DNA of 64,000 nt from Nitrospirota bacterium (GTDB lineage Bacteria; Nitrospirota; UBA9217), in assembly GCA_963754875.1 (NCBI GenBank), contig CAVWHO010000016.1:352001-416000 (forward strand). The letters are read 5' to 3'. Position numbers and translations under genes: made by a program. Each line of letters begins with the position of its first letter. Positions within the stretch are counted from its first letter, which is position 1. The notes beneath the pieces are model-generated. The model did not search any database, was not told where the DNA came from, and saw nothing but the letters and a program-made list of their open reading frames with translations. This document shows, in pieces, positions 43,007 to 52,191 of this stretch.

Positions 43007-43042
43007 GAACCCACTCTTCGCATGAGCGATCCCTATGCGAAA

Positions 43043-43306
43043 TTACTTCGCCTCGGCGTACTGCTTCATGACACCCACTTTGGAAAGGAGGGTCTTGACC
43101 GTATCGGAGGGGACTGCGCCCTTCTTGAGCCAGCCGAGCGTCTTGTCCTGGTCGACTTTGATCTCCGCCGGTTTCTTGAGCGGGTCGTAGGTCCCGACCA
43201 TCTCGATGAAACGGCCGTCCCGCGGCGAACGCGAATCCGCCACCACCAGCCGGTAGTAAGGCTTCTTGTGGGTCCCCATCCTCTTGAGTCTGATTCTTAC
43301 TGCCAT
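43043..43306 (-). CDS. rpsP: 30S ribosomal protein S16
   Basis: [33 protein letters not shown]. Confidence 0.98.
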   Translation of the reverse strand: MAVRIRLKRMGTHKKPYYRLVVADSRSPRDGRFIEMVGTYDPLKKPAEIKVDQDKTLGWLKKGAVPSDTVKTLLSKVGVMKQYAEAK

Positions 43307-43343
43307 GTCTTCACCTCTCTCTTAAGAAAATACAAAAATCGTT

Positions 43344-43418
43344 TCCCGCAAAGGCGCCAAGTCCGCAAAGGAAAATATTGTCATGCTTTTCTCTGCGTCC
43401 TTCGCGTCTCTGCGAGAG
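43344..43418. repeat. CGCAAAG-type hairpin repeat between ffh and rpsP
   Basis: CGCAAAGGCGCCAAGTCCGCAAAG ... CTCTGCGTCCTTCGCGTCTCTGCG. Confidence 0.75.
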
Positions 43419-43429
43419 GAAGATTTAAG

Positions 43430-44764
43430 TTAAAACGGCATCCTTCCGCCGAACATTTTCCCCATTTTCCCCATCTTGCCGCTCGTCATGGACTTCATCA
43501 TCTTTCGCATCTCGGCGAACTGTTTGAGCAGCCGATTCACATCCTGCACCTGCGTGCCGCTCCCTTTCGCGATGCGCGCCCTGCGGCTTCCGTTGATGAT
43601 CGTGTAGTCGGTCCGCTCCCTCGGCGTCATGGAGCTGATGATCGCATCTACCTTCGTCAGTTCCTTCTCGTTCACCTGGGCATCGGGGAGTTTCATCTTG
43701 CCCATCCCGGGGATCATGCCCATGATCTGCTCGACACCGCCCAGCTTTTTCACCTGTTTCAGCTGGCTCCGAAAATCATCCAGGTCGAAGGAATTCTTTT
43801 TGAGCTTCTTCGCAAGCTTGAGCGCTTCTTCCTGGTCTACGGCTTCCTGGGCCTTCTCGATGAGCGACATAACATCGCCCATGCCGAGGATACGCGAGGC
43901 CATGCGGTCCGGGTGAAACGGTTCAAGGGCATCGAGCTTTTCGCCCATGCCCACGAACTTGAGCGGCTTGCCGGTCACGGCCCTGACCGAAAGCGCCGCG
44001 CCGCCGCGGGCGTCGCCGTCGAGCTTCGTCAACACCACCCCGTCAAACCCCAGGTCGGCATTGAACTTCGAGGCGATGTTCACGGCTTCCTGGCCGGTCA
44101 TCGCATCGGCGACAAAGAGGACTTCATGGGGCTTCACCCCGGCCTTGATCTGCCGGAGCTCTTCCATGAGAGGTTCATCGATCTGGAGCCTGCCCGCAGT
44201 ATCAAGGACCACGACTTCGAACAACGACGAGGCAGCCTGTTTTACCGCCTCACGGCAAATGACAACGGGGTCCTGCTCGTCCGTAGCATAGGCATCAACC
44301 CCTACCTGTTTGGCGAGGGTGATGAGTTGCTGGACTGCCGCCGGCCTGCGTGTGTCTGCCGGAACAAGAAGCACGCGCCGTCCGTCTTTTTTAAAATTCC
44401 TTGCAAGCTTGCCCGCCGTGGTCGTCTTCCCCGAGCCCTGCAATCCGACAAGCATGATGACTGTCGGCGGGTTTGGAGAGAGATGAAGCTTGGCTTGGGT
44501 GCCGCCCAAGAGCGCCACAAGTTCTTCGTGGACGATCTTGATGACCTGCTGGCCTGGCGTAAGGCTGGAAAGTATCTCCTGACCTACTGCCCGTTCCTGG
44601 ACTCGGCTGATGAAGTCTTTGACAACCTTAAAGTTGACGTCAGCTTCGAGGAGCGCAAGGCGTACCTCGCGGAGGGCCTCTTTAACGTCATCTTCCTTCA
44701 GGACGCCCCTGCCGCGAAGCTTCTTGAAAACAGACTCTAATTTACCACTTAGGGAATCAAACAT
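43430..44764 (-). CDS. ffh: Signal recognition particle protein
   Basis: LLEADV, GLQGSGKTT, DTAGR, TKLDGDARGG, Met-rich M domain. Confidence 0.98.
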   Translation of the reverse strand: MFDSLSGKLESVFKKLRGRGVLKEDDVKEALREVRLALLEADVNFKVVKDFISRVQERAVGQEILSSLTPGQQVIKIVHEELVALLGGTQAKLHLSPNPPTVIMLVGLQGSGKTTTAGKLARNFKKDGRRVLLVPADTRRPAAVQQLITLAKQVGVDAYATDEQDPVVICREAVKQAASSLFEVVVLDTAGRLQIDEPLMEELRQIKAGVKPHEVLFVADAMTGQEAVNIASKFNADLGFDGVVLTKLDGDARGGAALSVRAVTGKPLKFVGMGEKLDALEPFHPDRMASRILGMGDVMSLIEKAQEAVDQEEALKLAKKLKKNSFDLDDFRSQLKQVKKLGGVEQIMGMIPGMGKMKLPDAQVNEKELTKVDAIISSMTPRERTDYTIINGSRRARIAKGSGTQVQDVNRLLKQFAEMRKMMKSMTSGKMGKMGKMFGGRMPF

Positions 44765-44916
44765 GAAAAGCACCCGCTCGGCAAAGAATATAGAATATAT
44801 AAGATAAGTCCATTATTGTCAAGGATTTTCTCTTCATCATTCACCATTCCCACCCAGCATTCCTGGTTTTGCTAGAAAATTAACTGATTTGACTTGTTTC
44901 ATAGTTTCGATTTTTG

Positions 44917-44945
44917 TTGACTATTGATAAAGCGCATTATATATT
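44917..44945 (+). promoter_or_regulatory. Putative sigma70 promoter divergent from ffh
   Basis: TTGACT-N17-TATATT. Confidence 0.6.
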
Positions 44946-44950
44946 AACTC

Positions 44951-45329
44951 GGCGGGTGGGGCCTCCTTGCGCCTGAGGGATTCGTCATACCGAGAAAAAA
45001 TAAGAATTTCATTGGTACGTGCACTTGAGCCTTCTCCCCTACGTCGGGATGATATGACCAACGCTTTAGCTCAGGCATTATCGGCACTCAATATCCCGAA
45101 TACGAATAAGTTAGTGGGGCCCCTCCTTCAGGAGCCGGGGATTGCAAGTCGAGGGATTCATATTTTTATATATTTTTAAAAATTATACATCTTTCCCGGA
45201 GAGAAAAGCGGTTTAAAAGTGCATAAACGGGATGATTTCGGACAAGATCCCTTATCACGAGTTCTCCATTGATGTCTTTCCTGTACACTTTCCCCTGCCC
45301 TGGACAGCGCGAGCTGCCGGGGTTTTTTT
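44951..45329 (+). ncRNA. Candidate structured ncRNA of unknown family
   Basis: Bounded by promoter and terminator, no credible ORF, nested complementary segments. Confidence 0.35.
45298..45329 (+). terminator. Intrinsic terminator
   Basis: CCCTGGACAGC-GCGA-GCTGCCGGGG then T7. Confidence 0.7.
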
Positions 45330-45426
45330 ATTACGAATATTCGTGTCAAGACATACTTTTTTTGGTATAATGCTCCGGGTTAAGCTTCTTTTCGCAAGTC
45401 CAATTCAGCCGAATGAGGAGACATGA

Positions 45427-45885
45427 ATGAAGTACGTTCTGCCGATAACTGTCTACTTCTCCGCCCTGTTTCTGCTCGCAGGATTTCCATCGTGGCTCTG
45501 TTACGCACACGACGAGCCTCACGTTCGCGGATCAGCGCAGCCTCCTGCAACAAATCCCCTTATCGAGGAAATGCTGACCCTGGACAACGCGTTCCGTGAT
45601 ATCGTCTCCGCCGTGGCGTTAGGTGATACGGCTAAAGTGCAGTCAGCGCTCCAGTCCATGACTGGCGCCATGGAAAAGACCCATGAAGGTATGCACACCG
45701 GAACGGTTACCCTCCCCAAAAATGCGTCCCGCAGCAAGGAGTTCATCGAGAGGGACAAAAAATTTCACGAAAAACTCGATGCTCTCGATCGCGCTGCCCG
45801 ACGTAATAATCAGCGAGAAATGCTGCGGATCACAAAGCAGCTCCTTGACGGGTGCGTGCAATGCCATCAGACATTCAGGAAGTAG
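45427..45885 (+). CDS. Periplasmic monoheme cytochrome c (cytochrome c'-like helical bundle)
   Basis: Signal peptide, helical body, C-terminal CVQCH; SD GAGGAG. Confidence 0.85.
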   Translation: MKYVLPITVYFSALFLLAGFPSWLCYAHDEPHVRGSAQPPATNPLIEEMLTLDNAFRDIVSAVALGDTAKVQSALQSMTGAMEKTHEGMHTGTVTLPKNASRSKEFIERDKKFHEKLDALDRAARRNNQREMLRITKQLLDGCVQCHQTFRK

Positions 45886-45955
45886 CGGGACATCTGCACC
45901 CTAAGAACCGGTATTTTCTAGGCGATACCCATTCGTTATGAACCATATGCAAAGC

Positions 45956-45992
45956 AATAGCCCGAAGATAGTTGTCTTCGGGCTATTTTTTT
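45956..45992 (+). terminator. Terminator of cytochrome c gene
   Basis: AATAGCCCGAAGA/TCTTCGGGCTATT + T-run. Confidence 0.85.
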
Positions 45993-46372
45993 GAGGAAGT
46001 GGAACTCCCTCCAATAACGCGTCCCGCCTGGACCCAGCGTTTACGAGCCTTGCAGCCGTATTTATGGGTGAAAACACGAATGCAGGGTGTGCCCGCGCGA
46101 GTGCAGGGCGCGGCTTACGACGCACTACTACCGGCAGGAAGCCGGAGGATTGCAAGTCGCTGGATTCACTATGATACATTCTGGCGGCGAGAGAATCAGG
46201 ATATGACCCACGCGAACCGACAAAAAAACGGCATTCTGACGGCCCACTCTCAAAGGAGATAAGGAGCGGACCGCCAAAATGCCGATGCGGGGGGCCCGGT
46301 AGTCATGCAGATCAAAATGCATAAAAACTTCAACAAGAGAAAGGACACGTCATCGCCGGGCAATCGTTTTTC

Positions 46373-47240
46373 TCAACACTCCATCACTACATCGTTGAAC
46401 TTTTCCCGTTTGACTTCATTCCCGGACTTGTCACGGTACACCAGTTCGTCCGTATCCAGATCGTATTCCGGAATATCTCGTTCGAACCACTCATTGACAA
46501 AATATTGATAGAAGAGGTCGAAGAGACTGCCGTGTTGATCATGCTTGAGTACATATTCCGGCATTTTCCGGACATTCAGACCTGTGGGGTAATGCTGCAG
46601 GCAGAGATAATCGCCGAGAATGGCCAATTTCACGAGGGGCACATCCGGGCGCAGTTTCAGCCTGATATTTTTCTGGAGCGACTTGAGCCCTTTCAAAAAA
46701 TCAATGCTTCTGATGACCTGCTCCCGTAGACATTTCCGGGGTAATCCCGGGATCGGCGAGACTTCGTGCGCGTGCGGTCACGCCTTCTTTCAGCGGGTCA
46801 AGGAGCATGATCTTTGCTTCGCGGCAATTCCGCAGAACCTCGTGCATTTCACCACCAGGATCACTGAAGGTCCGGAAACCCGTTGAGCCGATCAGCATCA
46901 CGGACCTGCCGAATCCGTGCTCTTCCTTTATTCTCTTCATTCGTCTTTTTCCGAGGAATGACTTTGCTGCTACAACGGACACCAGGCCCGCCGTTTTCGC
47001 CAGGTGAGATAATTTTCTGATCCTCCAGTCCCGTACAACGATGTTTATGAAAATGATCAAGGTGATCGCTGTCGCAATTTCCGTAGAAACGAGAAACAGT
47101 TCTTCGTTTTGGATCAGGGACCAATATTGCAGGACCTTCCGGCTGGCAAACTGAATGATGACGGGAAGCGAAAGAGCGGTTCCGGCGCTGATGACGATGA
47201 CAAACAAATGATAGCCAAGGGTGGGCATGTTCTTCTTCAT
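46373..47240 (-). CDS. Membrane protein with DUF5919-like cytoplasmic domain (frameshift near 46728)
   Basis: Two N-terminal TMs, KIMLLDP, IRLKL...KLAILGD...QHY in consecutive ORFs. Confidence 0.6.
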
Positions 47241-47292
47241 GGAGATCTCCTTCCCGAACGAGGTTTGGTCTTTTCGCATTCCCGCACTCCTG

Positions 47293-47652
47293 TCAGGACA
47301 CTACGATCAATGCCGTCACCAGGAACAGAGCGAAATCCGCTCCGGTTGTCGGGCCTGTTTCGGAGACCCGACGACAGAGCGTCGTCACGAGCCGGAGTTC
47401 GTCAGCATTCATAGCTGCTATTTTCGCGAGCGCCTTTTCAGAAACCCGGTGGTTCTCTACTCTGCTTTCTAGTACGCTTCTAATCATGTTCAATTCATCG
47501 GCCTTTTTTACTGAAGAGAGCCCATTTTCCTGTGCTGGTGCATACATCCTGTCGGAACGGCCCATAACCGGGGCTGCGGATACTTCATCGAAAAACGTGA
47601 CACTCAACATGGCGACCAGCAGCATTGTAAAAAATGCGATGAACCAGTTCAT
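47293..47652 (-). CDS. Small exported/membrane protein (PA2779-like)
   Basis: Signal peptide, helical core, C-terminal hydrophobic tail after GAD; SD AGGAG. Confidence 0.6.
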   Translation of the reverse strand: MNWFIAFFTMLLVAMLSVTFFDEVSAAPVMGRSDRMYAPAQENGLSSVKKADELNMIRSVLESRVENHRVSEKALAKIAAMNADELRLVTTLCRRVSETGPTTGADFALFLVTALIVVS

Positions 47653-47810
47653 TTCCAGTCTCCTCTCACTCTGCAACGTTTTGTCAAAATACTGCGATTA
47701 ATTTTTCTGATTGCTTTTGCTTTTCAAGATGTTCTTAACAATTCTCTTGTCTCCCCCCTGAAAATGAGCTAAAAGTAGTGTTGATAACACCCTCAAGGGA
47801 GAGCTTGCTC

Positions 47811-49282
47811 ATGTCGAACACGTCGCGTGTTGCTCGTTTTATCATCTGGATCTGTTCCAAGTTCACTCGCGTTGAAATTGAACAGATCGCCGCCGGGTTA
47901 CAGGATGTTCTCCAAAATCGCAATCCGGAAGTGAAACCGAAAGACGATTTTAAAGAGAAGCATCCAAACTACCGGCAGTTCGCGGTCGATCCAAAACCGC
48001 CGCTCACCGAACCGCTGCTCGAAAAAAAACACAAGAAACGAAAGACTACAACCAACTCTTAGCTCAGTACGAAGCGCTTCACGGAAAGCCTCTTGCTGCT
48101 GTAAAGCGCTGGGGCAAGTCTCATGCACTCCCCAAACTGGTTTTTTGCCCCGTCTGCAATGCCCCGCACGACTATCTCTACTACAACGACGGTAAGAAAA
48201 AATCTCAGATCAGGTGCAAGGTCTGTGGTCACTTGTTTCAAGCCGACCAGAGATTCCGTAAAAACGATAAGTCAAAATACTTTTGCCCCTACTGCAACCA
48301 CGCTCTCTTTCGTTGGAAAATGCGGAAAGAGGTTACGCTTTACAAATGCCCCAACGATGACTGCCAGCACCGCGTCCAGGCCATCGCAAAACTTAATCCG
48401 GCTGAGCGTGCATTACAGAAGAAACGAAGCTCGCAGTTCAAGCTCTGCTACCAGTACCGGGAGTATCATTACAAACCCCAAGAGCTTCTTCACTCTGAGC
48501 CCGAAAAGCCGATCGTCGAGCTTACGAAGATCCATAACTCCGAGAACGTCCTCGGCCTGATCCTTGCCTTTTATGTTTCCTTCGCCGTTCCAGCCAGGAA
48601 AACCGCGGCTATTTTGAAGTCCGTCTTCAATATCAAAGTCTCTTATCAGACGGTCCTAAATTATGCGGCAGCCGCAGCGTTTTACTGCCACAGCTACAAT
48701 CTCCAGCGTAAAGGCCCGATCGATTCTATTCAGGCTGGCGATGAAACGTATATCAGGGTCCTGGGGAAGCATCAATACGTCTTTTTCTTCATCTCATCCA
48801 AGAGCCTGAAAATCACCGCCTACCATGTTGCCGATAACCGGGGAACGCAACCAGCAATCATCGCCATGAACGAAGCGATCCGTACCGCAGCTCCCGGTCA
48901 GGAGATTATCCTCGTGACCGACGGCAATCCTTCCTACCCAGCCGGCATCCATTTTCTGAATGCTCAGGAAGGCGATGATCCCGATATCCAGCACCACAAG
49001 GTCATCGGCCTCCAAAACCTCGATGCCGAGTCAACGGAATGGAGGGCGTTTAAACAGCTCATCGAGCGCTTGAATAGGACCTACAAGTATCACGTGAGGC
49101 CTGCGGCCGGTTTCAACAGTAACAACGGCTCCGTGGTCCTGACGACGCTCTTTGTGACCCATTACAACTTTCTCCGCCCTCACATGTCATTGAACTACAA
49201 GCCACCCGTTCAATTGCCGGAGCTCCAGGCCATTACCACGCTTCAGGGCAAATGGGCGAAGATTCTTTCTCTCGCTGCTTAA
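47811..49282 (+). CDS. DDE transposase with zinc ribbons; -1 frameshift at A8 run 48022-48029
   Basis: CPVC, CKVC, CPYC, CPNDDC; GDETY, TDG.PSY, IERLNRT, YNFLRPH. Confidence 0.85.
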
Positions 49283-49369
49283 ACTTTCCGCCTGCTACAT
49301 CTCAAAGAACGATCTCGTTAATGGACTTCTGTTGCCTGCCGCGTCCCATGCCGACGGTCGATCCGCCGC

Positions 49370-50580
49370 TAGTGTAGTGTCTCACAAACGACTGGTGTTA
49401 TCAGCCTTTTTCTTGCGAGAGCGAGGTAATGTGCAGCCTGGCTGAATTTTCTCCAATGTTTGTTTGCAGCGTCCAAGTTTCTTAACGATCGATTCAACGG
49501 TTGCGGTCCATACAAACGGTTTTGGGTCTTTGTTCCAAGCAGCCAAATACTCTTCGATAGCGCTCTTGAGCGCGTCCACGCTGACAAAGACTCCGCGACG
49601 TATTCGTTTTCCCGTCAGTTCTCCGAACCAACGCTCAACAAGGTTCAACCAGCTTGAACTGGTCGGGACGAAGTGGGAAACAAAACGTGGATGCCGTGTT
49701 AACCATCTCTGGACTTTGGGGTGCTTATGCGTGCCATAGTTATCCATCACTATGTGCAGCTGCTTTTCGACCGGGAATTCAGCATCCAGTTGCTTTAAAA
49801 ACTTGAGAAATTCCTGATGGCGATGCCGAGCATAACATTGACCGATCACTTTACCTTGCGCCAATTCGAGCGCAGCAAAAAGGGTTGTCGTGCCGTTACG
49901 CTTATAGTCATGAGTCATGGTACCGCAACGCCCTTTTTTTAAAGGAAGTCCCGGTTGTGTACGATCTAACGCTTGAATCTGGCTTTTCTCATCCACACAC
50001 AGCACTAATGCTTTTTCTGGAGGATTGAGATAGAGCCCGACGACATCGGTAAGCTTTTCCAAGAACCGTGGATCGCGTGACAACTTAAATCCCGTGGTTC
50101 TGTGCGGCTGAATATGATGACTTTGCCAGATCCTATTGATCGTTGCTTTGCTCACGCCCTGCTGTTCAGCCATCGTTCGGCAACTCCAATGGGTGGCTCC
50201 AGCAGGCTTCGTTTGCAGTGTGGCATTAATTATTTTATTAATTTTGGTTGCCGTTAACTCTGGTTTACGTCCGCGACCTGCCGCAACTTCCCAAAGGCAG
50301 TCCGGACCTTCACTACAGAACCGCTGCCTCCATAATGCAGCCGTTTTATAATTGATTTGCATTTGCTTTGCGATGGCCTTGTCTTGTTGGCCATTCGCAG
50401 CGGCTAGAATAATTCGACACCGTTGAGCAACTTGTTGCGGGGTGCGATGAGCCCGCACCCATTGCTCTAGTTCTTGTCGATCAGACTCAGTAAGGTTTAT
50501 GGTTAAAGCGTGTCGTGCCATGAACAGCATCCTATCACAAATCATGACATAACACCAGTTAATTGAGAGACACTACACTA
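49370..50580 (-). mobile_element. IS630-family element A
   Basis: IRs TAGTGTAGTGTCTC / GAGACACTACACTA at CTAG sites. Confidence 0.92.
49382..50521 (-). CDS. IS630 transposase
   Basis: VDEKSQIQAL, HDYKRNGT, DNYGTH, WLNLVERWF. Confidence 0.95.
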   Translation of the reverse strand: MARHALTINLTESDRQELEQWVRAHRTPQQVAQRCRIILAAANGQQDKAIAKQMQINYKTAALWRQRFCSEGPDCLWEVAAGRGRKPELTATKINKIINATLQTKPAGATHWSCRTMAEQQGVSKATINRIWQSHHIQPHRTTGFKLSRDPRFLEKLTDVVGLYLNPPEKALVLCVDEKSQIQALDRTQPGLPLKKGRCGTMTHDYKRNGTTTLFAALELAQGKVIGQCYARHRHQEFLKFLKQLDAEFPVEKQLHIVMDNYGTHKHPKVQRWLTRHPRFVSHFVPTSSSWLNLVERWFGELTGKRIRRGVFVSVDALKSAIEEYLAAWNKDPKPFVWTATVESIVKKLGRCKQTLEKIQPGCTLPRSRKKKADNTSRL

Positions 50581-51743
50581 GTATTGCAACAAGTTAATTA
50601 CGAAACATAATGACGAGATAGCTTCTGATCAGCATCTTGTCGCGTGAATCTCCAATCTATTGTTGATCGGGCTTGATTGCGACGGTCACTCCACGCGACA
50701 ATTTCCGCCCGAAGGGTTTGTTCGTTTGGCAATCGACACCCAGTACATTGTCGATCCATGATTCCGATTTCAATTTCGGCCATATTGAGCCAACTGGCAT
50801 GCTTGGGAGTGTAATGAAATTCTACCCTGTCCAACAATTGGGTCGCTCGTTTAACACCCAATACTTCTTCAAAACTGCTGCGGAAATGAGTATTAAGATT
50901 ATCCAGCACCAGATGAATCTTCTGCGCTCTTGCATAGACTTTTTTCACCAAATGACTGATGAACTGCACAAAATCACTCTTTGTGCGATGGGCTGTTACT
51001 TCCGCCTGCCTGTGTCCGCCCTTAGGTTCAATCGCCATGAAAATGTTACGGGTACCAGCACGCTTATACTCGTAATCTTCTTTGGTCGGATTTCCCGGGC
51101 TGGCTGGAATCGGTGCCCGTGGTTGTTCCAAAAGTTGCTTGCTCTTTTCGTCTACGCAGACCACCGGCTCGTTCTCCTGATAAGGTCTTGCGTAAAGATC
51201 CAGCAAATCATACATCCTTTGGCGATATTCCGTGGTCAATTTACCAATGCACCACATCAACCTGCGCCAGGGTTTGCAGTCGTTTTTTTTAGAAAGAGAC
51301 GAATGCTTTCACGACTAATATTTTTAAGTTTCGGTCGCCGTCTCGCTGCTTTGGTCAACAAGTCGATTGTCCAGCGCTTGGCGCCCTTCGGAGGTGCGCT
51401 ACAGGCCAAAGCCACGACCTCGGCCTGCTGATCGGTTCCATATAGTATCGGTTGCCCAGGCCGCTCGACATCATGCAAAGCATAAGCCAAGCCTTTTTCC
51501 AGGTAGGCAGAGCGGGTGCGCCAAATGGCGGTTCGACCAACACCCAGAACTAACATGATTTGCTTTTCAGGTACGTTTTGGTCTAAAGCCGATAATATAT
51601 GTGCGCGATTGAATTCTCTGGCCATATGCTGCCCCTTGGCACGAAATGGCTTTAGAGTGGCTCGATCTTCTTCGGTAAGTTGCATTTTAACTTGTCTCAT
51701 GAAGTATAGTATAATGTTTCGTTATTAATTTGTCAAGATACTA
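50579..51743 (-). mobile_element. IS630-family element B (two-ORF type)
   Basis: IRs TAGTATTGCAACAAGTTAATTACGAAACAT vs reverse complement TAGTATCTTGACAAATTAATAACGAAACAT. Confidence 0.92.
50598..51700 (-). CDS. IS630 transposase OrfA (HTH, 51257-51700) + OrfB (DDE), joined by -1 frameshift at A8 run near 51283-51290
   Basis: VDEKSKQL, DNLNTH, WLNMAEIE; slippery AAAAAAAAC. Confidence 0.92.
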
Positions 51744-51884
51744 GATGATCTGGCTCCCCGTCGCTAACCTTATCCGTCGATCATTTCATAGGGTCTACTC
51801 TCATTTTCATGAAAGTTTTGACACTATCCTCTGCAACATTCTGAAGTTACGCTGAAGTTACGCATTTTTCTTTGTTACTGTGAT

Positions 51885-51900
51885 AGCAATACGAATGCCA
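51885..51900 (-). promoter_or_regulatory. sigma54 (-24/-12) promoter
   Basis: TGGCAT-TCGTA-TTGCT on minus strand. Confidence 0.8.
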
Positions 51901-51988
51901 GAGATGGGAGGGAGCCGTCATGCCGTTGATTTCATGTAATAATTATCCCACCTGTTATGATTGTGCAATTGCACGACCTTGCGTTTTT

Positions 51989-52087
51989 TGTATGATTTCG
52001 CCTACGGTAAATTTTTTTTTACGCAGAGATGGGGAGAAATAAGGCCTTAATAACATTTAGTTGTGCACATGTATGAAAAAGCATACA
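51989..52087. promoter_or_regulatory. Putative enhancer (UAS) sites for the adjacent bEBP
   Basis: Palindrome TGTATG-N6-CATACA (52070-52087) and degenerate TGTATG-N6-CCTACG (51989-52006). Confidence 0.55.
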
Positions 52088-52191
52088 GCATAAGAGAATA
52101 GCGAGCGTTTGTACACTTAAGGCTTGTGACCAGATCGAACGGGTAAAACAGATCTTCCGGAACGTGGCGAAGAGGTGGGGGGAGGAGTTTT

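Larger units (their letters stand above)
47677..51828 (+). mobile_element. IS6-like DDE insertion sequence carrying two nested IS630 elements
   Basis: Direct repeat CTCTGCAA at 47669-47676 and 51829-51836; imperfect IRs CGTTTTGTCAAAAT / GTTTTGACACTATC. Confidence 0.8.

Noticed and set aside
42893..44740. Long antisense ORFs (e.g. 615 aa opposite ffh; also opposite fbp, rimO, cydA)
   Set aside because: Shadow frames of GC-rich genes with no recognisable motifs.
44951..45329. SRP RNA, tmRNA or RNase P next to ffh
   Set aside because: Lacks the CAGG..GGAA..AGCA domain IV motif, tRNA-like ends and GAGGAAAGTCC.
44951..45329. CsrB-like sponge
   Set aside because: GGA motifs are present but not clearly enriched or regularly placed in loops.
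51841..51863. Tandem 11-mer CTGAAGTTACG x2 in the sigma54 leader
   Set aside because: Only two copies; most simply a local duplication with no evidence of function.
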